The notes: a model not told the origin generated them from the sequence alone. DNA of 64,000 bases from Octopus vulgaris (GCA_951406725.2 OX597839.1:26846001-26910000); one strand, 5' to 3'. Positions 40,241 to 54,143 are shown, counted from the first letter of the stretch. Numbers and translations: made by a program.

Positions 40241-40555
40241 CTTTCTACTAAAGGCACAAAGCCCGAAATGTTTTCGAGGAAGGTGCTTATCAATGATATC
40301 GATCCCCATTCAAGCACAGGGCTCGATGTAATTGACTGGTACTTAATTTATCGACCCCGAAAGGATGAAATGCAAAGTCGACCTCGACATTTCGTCCGTC
40401 CTTACGTTCTGAGTTCAAATTCCGCCGAGATCAACTTTCATCCTTTCAGGGTCGATAAAATAAGTATCAGTTGAACACTAGGGTTGATGTAATCGATTCA
40501 TCTAACCTCCACCCTACAAAAATTGCTGCCTTTGTGACAAAATTTGAAATTATTA
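40241..40555. mobile_element. Two head-less SINE B pieces fused in inverted orientation
   Basis: - strand piece 40241-40387 is joined to + strand piece 40389-40555. Confidence 0.7.
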
Positions 40556-40577
40556 TTATTATCATCATTATTATTAC

Positions 40578-40790
40578 GCTAATCTCTCGACTATTACGGG
40601 GTTACGTTCCAAAACCCCGCGTGATAGGTGAAAATCCTCGAAGTTGAAACAGTATATTTTTATTATCATTATTTATATAATTTATATATATTTATTTTCT
40701 TATAAATGCAAAACACCACCACGGAGGAATCGACGTCAGCTTAAATAATAAACCGTGATAAGTGAACCGCGATATGGTGAAAGATTACTG
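40578..40790. mobile_element. Tigger/pogo-like MITE, second copy
   Basis: Shares gttacgttccaaaacc and aaatgcaaaacaccaccacggaggaatcgacgt with 18700-19381. Confidence 0.8.
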
Positions 40791-41137
40791 TTTCACTACA
40801 ATTTCTACCCAGGTCAAACACTGGGTGAGTTTATCTGTTGCATCTACCCGTCATCTACCCGGAACTATGAAAGCTGAAGTTGGCCTAATCGGGATTTGAA
40901 CTCAGAACGGCATTATGACATAACCAAAAAACTCGACCATTAATTAAACACATATATTTCTCACGTTTCACCTCCTCTTGACTGACATATCACTTAATGA
41001 TTAATTTAGCCTTAATTACTCACTGTTTTTTTAATTATTAAACGCACTCGGTATGACGCAACCCAAAGCGTTTACATTATTGAAAGGTCGGTGCCTGTCG
41101 CCTTCTGGCTCCACATCTCCTATGCATTCCACTCTAC

Positions 41138-41385
41138 GGTAGTAGTAGTAGTGTTAGTAGTAGTAGTAGTAGTAGTAGTAGTAGAAATAGTAGTAGTAGT
41201 AGCGGCAGTAATATTAGTAAGTAGTAGTAGTAGTGGTAGTGGTAGAGGTAGTAGTAGTTGTTGCAAAAGCAGTACTAGCAGCAGTAGTAGCAGTAGTGGT
41301 AGCAGCAGCAGTAATGATAGTAGTAGTAGCTGTTGTAGCAACAGCAGCAGAAGCAGTAGTAATAGTAGTTGTTGTATTAGCAAAG

Positions 41386-41436
<51 letters not shown>

Positions 41437-41437
41437 T

Positions 41438-41476
<39 letters not shown>

Positions 41477-41531
41477 AAAAGGTGCGGCAGCAGCAGCAGT
41501 AGTAGTAGTTGTTGTAGCAGCAGTAATAGTA

Positions 41532-41577
<46 letters not shown>

Positions 41578-41670
41578 CAGAAGCGGCAGCAGCAGCAGCA
41601 GCAGCAGAAGCAGTAGTCGTAGTAGCAGTAGTAGTAGTAGTAGTAGCAGCATCAGTAGTAGTAGTAGTTG
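41138..41670. repeat. (GTA)n/(GCA)n trinucleotide tract
   Basis: Direct reading. Confidence 0.92.
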
Positions 41671-42172
41671 CGAGCCGTGCTGACAGAGCGTCGCTGACGC
41701 ATTGTCGCCCACACATCCGAGACAGCTGCTTATTAACCCCGACCGACCAAGGGGCGACACATCGCATCCACTTCATACATGGCATTCTGTTTTATAAAGT
41801 CTGCGCTCTAAAGTGTTTGTTGGGTCCACTGGCCGAGTCGGTAGAGCACTGGATAAAAATCCAGTCACGATGTTTGTTGCATCTCTTTACGTCCTGAGTT
41901 CAAATCTTGCTGGGATTGGGTGGGGGAAACTTTGACTTTTATCGATTTTGAGATCGATAAAGAAAGTACCGGTGCCAATATCAAGAGTTGAAGGAGGGTT
42001 ATTTGATTAGTCTGGGAATGAGACAGTCGGGCGCGGCTGTTTTGTCGCTGACAGTTTGGTTCGGCTGACTGGGGCACTCAGTCTGTCTTGGTGACAGTTC
42101 TTTTTGGCACAGGAGGCAAATACAGGTACGCGTGGGTGCGCGGAAATATACACATACAGATGGATTAGATAG

Positions 42173-42221
<49 letters not shown>

Positions 42222-42461
42222 ATGTTTGTGTGTATGTGTATGTGTATGAGAGAGAGAGAGAGAGAGAGTGAGTGAATGTGTGTGTGCGTGCGCGTACGTA
42301 TGAGTGAGAGAGAGAGAGTGTGTGTGTGTGTGTACGAGTGCGTGTGAGAGAAAGAGGGTGTGTATGAGAGAGTGTATGTGTGTGTGTGTGTGAGAAAGAG
42401 AGTGAGTGAGTGAATGTGTGTATGTGCGTGTGAAAGGGTATGTGTGAGAGAGAATGTAAGC

Positions 42462-42497
<36 letters not shown>

Positions 42498-42706
42498 ACC
42501 TGCGTATGAGTGAGAGAGAGTGTACGTGTACGTGTGCATGTGAGAGAAAGAGTGTGTGAGAGAGAGTGTGTGTGTGAGAGAGAAAGAGAGTGCGTGTCTG
42601 AGCGAGAGAGTGTGTGTATGAGAGAGACATTACAACTTATTAATTGAACATGATTGATATAAAACCCTTCCTCTCTCTTCACTGAAAGGCATATGCTTAC
42701 ACACAT

Positions 42707-42775
<69 letters not shown>

Positions 42776-44092
42776 TGGGGGAGAAATATTAAAACGTGTG
42801 ATATCAAAATACAATAATGCTGAATCGGCGTCGCTAAAATGGCTGTGACAAAACGTCTCACACCTGACATCACTCTAAAGGTGTTAAAACGTGAAAGATC
42901 CTGAGATCAGCCAATAACTTCCACCAAAAATAGCGACAGTACCATTCAGTCCGGTGGTGTAGGTTTTCCCCTTCTTTAAGCATAAAAAAAAATAGTGATA
43001 GTTTCCGAAGAGAAAAAATACATCGCGTACTCAAGTGTCGAAACCACAGTGATATCCGTTTGGGTAGCTGACGATGGGAATGTACATATGTTACGCTCGA
43101 TTGTGAATTTCTTATGCTCTAATCTCGTTATTCTGGGTTGTTCTTCATTCTAGTAAAGTGAAAAGTATGGATTCATAGTTTGTGGGTATCGCTTACCTTG
43201 ATATTGTTTGGTTTTCTTCACAGGTAAATCTAATCAGGCGTGGACAATGTTTTGATGTTAGTGTCTAGAGTTGGGAGGTTCTGTGGCAAAAATATATTCA
43301 CCATGAGTCAGGTGTGAATTCCTTAAAAAGCACTCGATACTTGACAACCTCCCATGCTCCAGAAAAACTGTTAGATGAGCATACGTCAACAAATCGCAGC
43401 GGGATAAATATTGTGTACAACAAAAGTTTAGGCTCGGGTATGGTCTTTGTCTCGTAAACTCGAAGATGATGTTTAGATGTCTACGAAGTCTACTCTTTCT
43501 TGCAATAACAGGTACTACTTCCAAATGCAATATTAATAAACGCGTCATTAGTATTTTCAAACGCATCATTAATAATTTCAAACGCCTCATTAATCTACTA
43601 CTTCCAAACGCCTCATTGAGGTACTACTTTCAAACGCGGCATTAAGGCGCCACTCTCAAATGCAGCATTGAGGTATTTTATCCCAACGCGCATTCGGGAA
43701 CTACTTTCAAACGCGGCATTAAAGAAACTACTTTCAAACGCAGCATTGAGGTATTTTATCCCAACGCGCATTCGGGAACTACTTTCAAACGCGGCATTAA
43801 AGAAACTACTTTCAAACGCAGCATTGAGGTATTTTATCCCAACGCGCATTCGGGAACTACTTTCAAACGCGGCATTAAAGAAACTACTTTCAAACGCAGC
43901 ATTGAGGTATTTTATCCCAACGCGCATTCGGGAACTACTTTCAAACGCGGCATTAAAGAAACTACTTTCAAACGCAGCATTAAGGTATTTAATCCCAACG
44001 CACATTCGGGAACTACTTTCAAACGCGGCATAAAGTAATTACTTTTAAATGTGGCATTAAGGCACAACTTTCAAACGCAGCATTGAGGTATT

Positions 44093-44547
44093 GGATCTTA
44101 TCGGTTTGAACGGCAGTTTTTAAAAATAATTTCGACGTAACTACACACTTTTAAACTTCGTATACTGGTAGAATGTGTTTATAAAACATCTTTTTCTCTT
44201 GGCTTTATAGAGAAAATTCTATAGTTTGTAAGATATTTGTTGTTTTTTTCCTTCAATTTCTGCAATTTCAACCAATCACTGACGTCTATTGAGGTAAAAA
44301 ACATTCTGTGCCGTATGAATATGTCCCTCGTTTAAGAAACAGATTGGGTTTATTTACATTTCTGAAGAAAAAAAGATACCTTCCCCCCACCCCTAACCAT
44401 AACCCTAAACCTAACCTTAACTAACCCTAACTAACCCTAACCCTAAAACAGACTGAAATGCAATAGATCGATACTTGGGTCATAATTATGGGAGACAATT
44501 TCATATGACACCGCTAGAAAAAACTGCCGTTCAAACCGAAAAGATCC
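44093..44547. mobile_element. 455-bp MITE, 29-bp TIRs, 8-bp TSD (Merlin-like GG..CC ends)
   Basis: TSD gaggtatt at 44085-44092 and 44548-44555; TIRs ggatcttatcggtttgaacggcagttttt / aaaaactgccgttcaaaccgaaaagatcc (1 mismatch). Confidence 0.92.
44391..44446 (-). repeat. Interstitial telomere-like (TTAGGG)n, ~9 degenerate units
   Basis: ccctaa ccataa ccctaa acctaa ccttaa ctaa ccctaa ctaa ccctaa ccctaa. Confidence 0.85.
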
Positions 44548-45002
44548 GAGGTATTTTATCCCAATGCGCATTCGGGAACTACTTTCAAACGCGGCATTAG
44601 GGCATTACATTCCGAACCTGCATTCCAATGTGGAATCGTGTTGTTGCTAAAATAACAGATAAAATAACATCGTTAGGACTGGCTGCCTGCGTGACAAATA
44701 GAGAAAATATTATTGTTGCCCAGTACATATGTTTCAACGCGAGGGCTATTGCAGCAATGTTCTTATCAACACTTTCACTAAAATGTAAGCAAAATGAATC
44801 TAGCGTAGTTATTTAGGGCAGAGAAGAAGGTGAGAACAATCGTGTACTGTTATCGAAGTCAGCTACCTTGGAGATGTCAACGTTCATTTGAAAATCAGCG
44901 AAAGAGAGAATATATATGACAACTGTTCTGAAAGCTGTACCTTATCTCGATCAGTGGTTCTCAAATTTTTTATATTTTACCTGCGAACGCTTTTAATTAC
45001 TA

Positions 45003-45399
45003 CTAGCAATATCGCCCAGCGTCGCTCGGGCTTTTTTTCTTTTCGACCCTTTAGAATTGGAATTTTTGAAAAGTAAAAAATTTGCATTGTGTAGCTTGTT
45101 ATTCTCTTTAAGTGAATATTTTTCTGGTTGAAATACACCGAAAAATGGCGACTCAGCAGTCAACAAATCGAAAGAAAAAGGGATTTTCATAGAAAAAAAG
45201 CACCTTTTTTATGTAAATAATTTTTGATGTATCATGGTCCGTTTCGAATTTTTTCTTCTACGGAAGGAAGAGCAAGCCTTCTTCTATCATACTCTCAATT
45301 TTGGTCAACTTGCATCGCAAGGTTTGGGAGGAGATAGTGTTAGTTGAAGGCTACCAAACCTGCCACACACAGACAACTTCAGCTTTATATATATAGAGA
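45003..45399 (-). mobile_element. Complete non-autonomous Helitron (397 bp)
   Basis: On - strand A|TCTCTATATATATAAAG ... CCCGAGCGACGCTGGG hairpin-CGATATTG-CTAG|T: 5' TC, 3' CTAG, subterminal hairpin, AT target, no TSD. Confidence 0.88.
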
Positions 45400-45501
45400 T
45401 TATGTTCTGGCCAACCCCTATAGCTATTCGATGCTTAAAAGCTAGTCTAGTCTTACAGATACATCTTTCAAGATTTCTAGTTTGTTTTCCCCCATTTCCC
45501 T

Positions 45502-45899
45502 TACTCTTTTACTCTTTTACTTGTTTCAGTCATTTGACTGCGGCCATGCTGGAGCACCGCCTTTAGTCGAGCAACTCGACCCCGGGACTTATTGTTTGTA
45601 AGCCCAGTACTTATTCTATCGGTCTCTTTTGCTGAACCGCTAAGTGACGGGGACGTAAACACACCAGCATCGGTTGTCAAACAATGCTAGGGGGACAAAC
45701 ACAGACACACACACAGACACACACACACACACACATATATATACGACAGGCTTCTTTCAGTTTCCGTCTACCAAATCCACTCACAAGGCATTGGTCGGCC
45801 CGAGGCTATAGTAGAAGACACTTGCCCAAGGTGCCACGCAGTGGGACTGAACCCGGAACCATGTGGTTGGTAACCAAGCTACTTACCACACAGCCACTC
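45502..45899 (-). mobile_element. SINE family A, full length
   Basis: Head to tail match. Confidence 0.92.
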
Positions 45900-46845
45900 T
45901 TGTTTGCAACAAAACTCTGAGAGAACGTGATTCAGTGGCCAGAAACATGTTAAACTATGTAAAACAGGAGAGAAAGAAACCTTGTTTCTTGCGATCGAAA
46001 GTAATGGTTTTCAACCAATTTTGGGAACCATGTGACAGAAAGAAACCTAGTTGTTTCTTGCAAGAATTCCATCTAAAGCATAAAGATACTAGTGTGGAAC
46101 TCGAATTTACTACTTTGCTTCCGTGGACCTCATTCCCAACCGCTTAAAAAATCTTATATGGACACAAGGGGTCTAATAGATCCTAGTTGACAACCGCTGA
46201 TCTAATCCGATTACAGATATTGTTTCTAATTTTGGCACAAGGCTAGCGATTTTGGGATGTGTGTTAGTCGATGCCATCGATGCCAGTAAATGATTCACAA
46301 TTTATTTTATCGACCCAACAGAGATAGACGTAGTTGATCGACGCGAGATTTGAACCCAGAACGCAAAGAGAGAGGAACGAAAACAGCAAAGCATTTTGAC
46401 CGACCGTCTAACTATTCTCCCATACATCCTGATATGTACACACATAGAAACACAGAAAGACACATGTATACATTTATATAATGGCAACACTGTAGGACAT
46501 CGGAAGCAGAAACGGCTGTTAGAAGGGATAAAGTTTTGTATTAAAAAATAATAATCGATCTTGGTCAGTTGTTGTTGATCAAGATTTCTCCATTTTCTGC
46601 TTAATTTAGATCTAATTCCTGATAAACTCATCTTTATCTTTACATTACCTTTAACCAATGAGCATAATATGCTTGCAAATGTATGCTCAATATACATACA
46701 TGAAGCTTTACAATAGCGTTGTACGGTTATCGACTGCTATTTCCAGCAAACATTGGTACATTGTTGTGCCACTATTTCCTGTATACATATATGTAGATAC
46801 ATACGTATGTATATGTAGTTATACATCTACATACGTATGTGTACA

Positions 46846-47003
46846 GGAGTGGCTGTGTGGTAAGTAGCTTGCTTACCAACCACATGGTTCCGGGTTCAGT
46901 CCCACTGCGTGGCATCTTGGGCAAGTGTCTTCTGCTATAGCCCCGGGCCGACCAATGCCTTGTGAGAGGATTTGGTAGACGGAAACTGAAAGAAGCCCGT
47001 ATG

Positions 47004-47048
<45 letters not shown>

Positions 47049-47248
47049 TTGTGTCTGTGTTTGTCCCCCCAACAACGCTTGACAACCGATGCTGGTATGT
47101 TTACGTCCCGTTACTTAGCGGTTCGACAAAAGAGACCGATAGAATAAGTACTAGGCTTATAAAGAATATGTCCTGGGGTCGATTTGCTCGACTAAAAGGC
47201 GGTGCTCCAGCATGGCCGCAGTCAAATGACTGAAACAAGTAAAAGAGT
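46846..47248 (+). mobile_element. SINE family A, full length
   Basis: Head to tail match. Confidence 0.92.
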
Positions 47249-47274
47249 ATATATATATAGTATATATATATATG

Positions 47275-47379
<105 letters not shown>

Positions 47380-47753
47380 GCGCGTGTGTATGTGTGAATA
47401 CTATTGGCTTACTTGGTCATGCTAGTAGATGTCTGTGTGTGGTAATCTCGAAAGGCTACTAGTTTCAGACTAAGAAAATGACCGGCGAAACAAGATCTTG
47501 GTAAATTCTTCTGTAAGCGGAACAGCGAAAGCAAAGAGAGTAGCGCTACCTGCCCCCCCCCCATCACAGTCACGCTTCCTATTACTCACTCACCTCTTTC
47601 TCTCCCTCCTGCTCCCCACTATTTGTTTATCTATCCTTCTTTATCTCTTTGTGTCATCACATTGTACAGTTACATTGGCAGCTGTGTGGTTAGTTAAATT
47701 ACAGGTGCATCTTAACACGCTCATACTCACATACACATTCACCCACAGAGAAG

Positions 47754-47824
<71 letters not shown>

Positions 47825-47832
47825 GTATATGC

Positions 47833-47881
<49 letters not shown>

Positions 47882-47913
47882 TGTATGTGCATTTATGTGT
47901 GTATGCATGCATG

Positions 47914-48015
<102 letters not shown>

Positions 48016-48207
48016 TTATCTGTCTATCAGTCTATCTATCTATGCGTGTGCGTGTGCACCCAAGCACATAGAAAGGCACACACACACACATATACACAAA
48101 CACGCAATGTCTATGTATATATGTATATATATATATATATATAATATAAAGTGAATTAACGTTACAGACCTTTTGTATGTCTCTATATATCTTTGTACAC
48201 ATGTCCG

Positions 48208-48261
<54 letters not shown>

Positions 48262-48274
48262 GATAGATAGATAT

Positions 48275-48430
48275 ACGACCGGCTACTTTCAGTTTCCGTC
48301 TACCAAATCCACTCACAAGGCTTTGGTCGGCCCGAGACTATAGCAGAAAACACTTGCCGAAGGTGCCACGCAGTGGGACTGAACCCGGAACCATGTAGTT
48401 GGTAAGCAAGCTACTTACCACACAGCCACA
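48275..48430 (-). mobile_element. SINE family A, 5' half
   Basis: Match to family A. Confidence 0.88.
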
Positions 48431-48708
48431 TACATTATATACGAAATCTTTCTAACATCTATCTGCGTATGTGGTTAAGGTAAGAAAAAATAGGTCGAAT
48501 GTAAAGGCTGTGAAGGTTACGAGAGAGAAGAGGGGGGGGAGATGGGGGAGAGAAGAGGAAGAGAGAAAAGGGAGAGAGAGAGAGACTGACTGACTGACAG
48601 GGGTGGAGTGAATTCACAGAACTGGCTGCAAACCTAAACAGACACACAGACTGCAAGACAGGCAGACAGACTTGACTATTGAATGGCGTTTTTAAGTTAT
48701 GACACAGT

Positions 48709-49094
48709 GGAGGCGCAATGGCCCAGTGGTTAGGGCAGCGGACTCGCGGTTTCGATTCCCAGACCGGGCGTTGTGAGTGTTTATTGAGTGAAAACACCTA
48801 AAAAGCTCCACGAGGCTCCGGCAGGGGATGGTGGTGATCCCTGCTGTACTCTTTCACCACAACTTTCTCTCACTCTTTCTTCCTGTTTCTGTTGTACCTG
48901 TATTTCAAAGGGCCGGCCTTGTGTCACGGCCTTGTGTCACTCTCTGTCACGCTGAATATCCTCGAGAACTACGTTAAGGGTACACGTGTCTGTGGAGTGC
49001 TCAGTCACTTACACGTTAATTTCATGAGCAGGCTGTTCCGTTGATTCGGATCAACCGGAACCCTCGTCGTCGTACACCGACGGAGTGCTTCCCC
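48709..49094 (+). mobile_element. tRNA-derived SINE family C
   Basis: ggaggcgcaatggcccagtggttaggg (A box), gtttcgattccc (B box); near-identical to 60111-60492; tatgacaca on both flanks fits a TSD. Confidence 0.9.
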
Positions 49095-49157
49095 AATATG
49101 ACACAATATGACACTAATAGAAACAATGTGGCGTGGAAACTGTGTAAAGCTTTATAC

Positions 49158-49515
49158 AGGAGCAGGATGTAGTAAGAGGCTTGCGTCCCAACCACATGGT
49201 TCCGGGTTCAGTTTCACTGCGCGGCACCTTGGGCAAGTAGCTTCATCTATAGCCTCGGGCCGCCAAAAGCATTGTAAGTGGATTTTGGTTGACGGAAACT
49301 GAAAGAAGCTTGTTATATGTGTACGTGTATATATACGTGTGAGTGTGTGCGTGTGCGTGAGTGTATGTGTGTGTATGTGTGTGTGTGTGTGTGTGTTTGT
49401 CCCAATCCCACGACATCGCTTGACAACAGATGCTGGTGTGTTTACATCACTATAACCTAGCGGTTCGGCAAAATACACCAATACACCAATAAGTACTAAG
49501 CTTGCAAAGAATAAG
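49158..49515 (+). mobile_element. SINE family A, diverged
   Basis: Match to family A; tail lost. Confidence 0.8.
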
Positions 49516-49814
49516 CCATCGTCCACCTATTTAGCAAACGCCGTTCTCTGCTATTGCTGTTTAGCCCCAGGTCAGACCGGCTTCCCAAAAAAAAAGACCT
49601 GAGATTCAGAAGCGGTTTCATTGAATGAACCATCGTATATCTTGGAGTACCTTGTCTAATGTATCCTTGCACTTTTGGTGCAGCCACTTGAAGGGTTCGT
49701 TGAGGAAATCCGCTCCGCTGAAGATGGAAACCTGCCAAAACCTGATAGCAACTGGGAAACAATAGAAATGGTGTCAACGACACATTGGTCTTTTTATATA
49801 TTCGACCTATATAC

Positions 49815-49861
<47 letters not shown>

Positions 49862-49934
49862 TATATATATATACGTATATAGGTATATATATACGTATAT
49901 ATGTATATACATACATACACACCCATACATACAA

Positions 49935-49986
<52 letters not shown>

Positions 49987-50039
49987 TATATATACGCCCC
50001 CACATATATGTATATAAGACTACATATATATATATATAT

Positions 50040-50110
<71 letters not shown>

Positions 50111-50126
50111 TATATGTATATATCTA

Positions 50127-50165
<39 letters not shown>

Positions 50166-50240
50166 ATATATATATAATGATAAATCTCAGAGCGAGTTAT
50201 AAACAGCAGCGGTAACACATCGTGTTATGGCAAATATGCG

Positions 50241-50318
<78 letters not shown>

Positions 50319-50815
50319 TATGTACGAACATAAGTGTATGTGCCTTTATTTTTACGTACAAAAGACGAGCCTGCTTCCGTACACTTTGCGCCCACCATAC
50401 CACTGCACTCACGAGCCATTAATTAATTAGGGGACTTTACCAGAATACTTTTGCCCCCAAGTTGCGGCACACTGGGTTCGTACTGTGTGTGACGTGATTA
50501 CGAAACCAACTTGTAAATTTCTCACCACCATGTTGCTGCGCAATAGTCACGTGACCGACTGTTACGTTCAGAGTTAAGTACCCTGTCCTGGGACACCATG
50601 CAGAAACGGGTGGCAGGGATGAATGCCAAACGCTGTCCCCTCGCCCCCGCCAATCAACAGTCGGGTGGAATAAGAAGGGTTTTGTTTACTCAGCTGTTTT
50701 AGCGTTCCGACATATAGAGATACCCGTGGGTGGATATGTGGGTGTTTGGAGTGTGTATGTGTGTCTACATATATAATTACATGTACCTGTCTGTCTGCCT
50801 CTCTCTCTATATATA

Positions 50816-50851
<36 letters not shown>

Positions 50852-50862
50852 TTATGCATATA

Positions 50863-50943
<81 letters not shown>

Positions 50944-51051
50944 CTAATGTAGGATAAAGTTTTTTCGAGAAATAAATTTCATCAATGGCCAGCATATCAA
51001 AAAATACGTTTAAAGGTTAAATTTATAAATAATTTACAAAATAAGATACAG

Positions 51052-51126
<75 letters not shown>

Positions 51127-51161
51127 ATTATATGCATATATATACATACACATATATAAAG

Positions 51162-51215
<54 letters not shown>

Positions 51216-51461
51216 CTATATCTATATATATATAATTATATGTATATATATTTATGATTGTATGTATATACATATATATATGATATAAAACGTATGAATA
51301 TATATGTAAATTACAATATATGTATGTATGTATATATATATATAATGTATAAATATAAATGTATGCATATAAATATGGCTGATATAGAGATATGTATAAT
51401 ATACTGTATAGATAGATATAAACATATGCATATATATATATATATATAAACACATATATAT

Positions 51462-51526
<65 letters not shown>

Positions 51527-51943
51527 TATATAACTTTATCCATAAATTTGTCGACACACACTCTCACACATACTCTCTCTCTCTTTCAGGTTTCATACAT
51601 ACATACATACATACATACATACATACATACATACACAAACGCACACACAACGACATGCTAATTTTCACGCAGCAAAGTCCGTGTGGAAGATGCGCCATCT
51701 TGTGAAGGAAACACACACACACGCACACACTCACACGTGCACACGCACACACTTTGCCAATATTTGGTACATCTGCTGCTGGGCCCCCTCCCTTGCCTAT
51801 TAACCATCTGCTGTGTTGCACCTGTCATTACACACCTGTGTTACCTGTGTACGTACCTGTGCACGTGTTAATATTAGAATGCATCTGTCAGCGCACATTA
51901 TATACAAGTGCACGCGACTCTACGCAGTTTCTGTCTCTACAGG

Positions 51944-51997
<54 letters not shown>

Positions 51998-52083
51998 CAG
52001 TTATTAATATTTCTGTATATTTTACGGTAATGCAAGGCTGTTCTTGATGACGTCCATCCATCCATCCATCCATAATAATAATG

Positions 52084-52140
<57 letters not shown>

Positions 52141-52209
52141 GCAATAATAATAATAATAATAGCAATAATAATAATAATAATGATAATAATAATAATAATA
52201 ATAATAATG

Positions 52210-52240
<31 letters not shown>

Positions 52241-52251
52241 TAATAATAATA

Positions 52252-52317
<66 letters not shown>

Positions 52318-52578
52318 GTAATAATGGTAATAATAATAATAATAATAATAGTGATGGTGTCACAATGAAAACGCTGGTAATTGCGCAACCTGATAATTGC
52401 TACCTCATATGAGTGACAATGAAACAACAAGTTATTGTGAATAACGGTGGGAATGAATGATGGTGATAGTGTTACTCCGGAAGGTGCTCGAAAAATAAGA
52501 GGTGTTACCTTAGTTCACTGGTAGTGAACAGGTGACACCGTAGTACATCTCCAGCGTTAGAAGCTGTGCAAAGGCAAC

Positions 52579-52607
<29 letters not shown>

Positions 52608-52609
<2 letters not shown>

Positions 52610-52986
52610 TTTGCATGATGATCGACATAGCATGTCCCGATGGCAAGATCAATGATAGACGAAAAAGTGGACAACTCTGATGATTTGAAGTGGGAAATAG
52701 GAAGGTTGTGGTCAATGAAGAGTGTAGACGTGATACCAATCGTAATTGGTGCACTTGGAAGTATCAGCACTCAGCTACCAACATTGGCTGGAAAAGATCG
52801 GTGCAAGGGGAAAGGTAGAACAGCTACAAAAAAAAGCATTGATTGGAACTGCAAGAATTCTTTGCAGGGTTCTTGAAGCATGACCAGTAAACAAGTGTCA
52901 CCTCAGTCTGCTGGCTGTGGACACCTGACCCCCTTTCCATCATACCCAGCAAAATAAGCTGTGAGGTTTCATCTAATAATAATAAT
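52608..52986 (+). mobile_element. Dong/R4-like LINE 3' fragment in (TAA)n
   Basis: CMMIDIACP...EKVD..DDLKWEIGRLWSMKSVDVIPIVIGALG...LQKKALIGTARIL..VL (frameshifted); (AAT)n on both sides. Confidence 0.85.
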
Positions 52987-52989
52987 GCT

Positions 52990-53197
52990 TCCTACTAAAG
53001 ACACAAGGCCTGAAATTTGTGGGGACAGGGACTAGTTGATTACATCGACCCCAGTGTTTCACTGGTACTCAATTTATTGACTCTGAAAGGATGAAAGGCA
53101 AAGTCAACCTCAGTGGAATTTGAACTCAGAACATAAGGATTGGCGAATTGCCGCTAAGCATTTTGCCTGGTGTGTTAAGGATTCTGCCAGCTCACTG

Positions 53198-53291
<94 letters not shown>

Positions 53292-53440
53292 CCTTTCTGC
53301 AATAGGCACAATTTTTGGGGAGGGGACCAGTCGATTAGATCGACGCCAGTACGCAACTGGTACTTAATTTATCGACTCAGGAAAGGATGAAAGGCAAAGT
53401 CAACCTCGGCGGAATTTGAACTCAGAATGTTTCGACGGAC
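52990..53440 (-). mobile_element. Two SINE family B copies separated by (AAT)n
   Basis: 52990-53200 and 53292-53440. Confidence 0.85.
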
Positions 53441-53441
53441 G

Positions 53442-53530
<89 letters not shown>

Positions 53531-53531
<1 letters not shown>

Positions 53532-54143
53532 GGAATATATTCACAGACATGACAGAGTTGGAACCTACATACATTGGAAGCTATGCCAACATTATGGAAT
53601 AACAACAGAAAAAAGATGGTATAGGCACACACCAGAAAAGGTCACAGAAAACGAGAAAGCAACCATACTCTGGGATATGCCGATACACACAGATAGAGAA
53701 ATTAAGGCCAACAGACCAGATATAGTTGTCAGAGATCATGAAGAAAAAAATGCTTTCTAATTGATGTATCAATACCGGCTGATGACAACGTGTCTCTAAA
53801 AGAAATGGAGAAACTCTCAAAATACAAAGACCTGGAAATAGAGGTAACTAGAATGTGGAATCTGAAAACAGAAACAATTCCTATCATAGTAGGTGCATTA
53901 GGCATGATAAAAAAATATTCAGACAAATACATAACAAAAACACCAGGACTTACAAACACATATAACACACAGAAAATTGCACTACTAGGCACTGCACACA
54001 TCCTACGCAGAACACTTTCCATACAATAACCATCAGAGCATCACAACAAATCACAGCACATACCCAAGGCACACAGAGCTGTGCTTGGTAGTGAAGTGAA
54101 AGCACGCTATAAAAATAAAACTACTGAATAATAATAATAATAA
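53531..54143 (+). mobile_element. Dong/R4-like LINE, 5'-truncated, restriction-like endonuclease domain
   Basis: YIHRHDRV...ILWDMPIHTDREIKANRPDIVV...CFLIDVSIP...EKLSKYKDL...IPIIVGALG; one frameshift in the A-run 53744-53750; stop at 54029; (AAT)n on both flanks. Confidence 0.93.

Larger units (their letters stand above)
43510..44625. repeat. Minisatellite of ~26-bp monomers with a 78-bp three-monomer higher-order repeat, interrupted by a MITE
   Basis: 78-bp units start at 43670, 43748, 43826, 43904 (variant at 43982); degenerate monomers lie on both edges; the array resumes in register at 44548. Confidence 0.93.
44952..46199. mobile_element. Old hAT-like MITE(s) hosting a Helitron and a SINE
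   Basis: cagtggttctcaa at 44952 and ttgacaaccgctg at 46187-46199; a second left-end-like motif taatggttttcaacc at 46002 makes the pairing ambiguous; TSD is decayed. Confidence 0.5.

Noticed and set aside
43613-44033. Repetitive ORFs on both strands and a CRISPR-like appearance
   Set aside because: The 78-bp unit is a multiple of 3, so frames stay open trivially; there are no unique spacers or cas genes, and the context is eukaryotic.
44391-44446. True telomere or chromosome-fusion scar
   Set aside because: Short, degenerate, single orientation and enclosed in a TIR element with a TSD.
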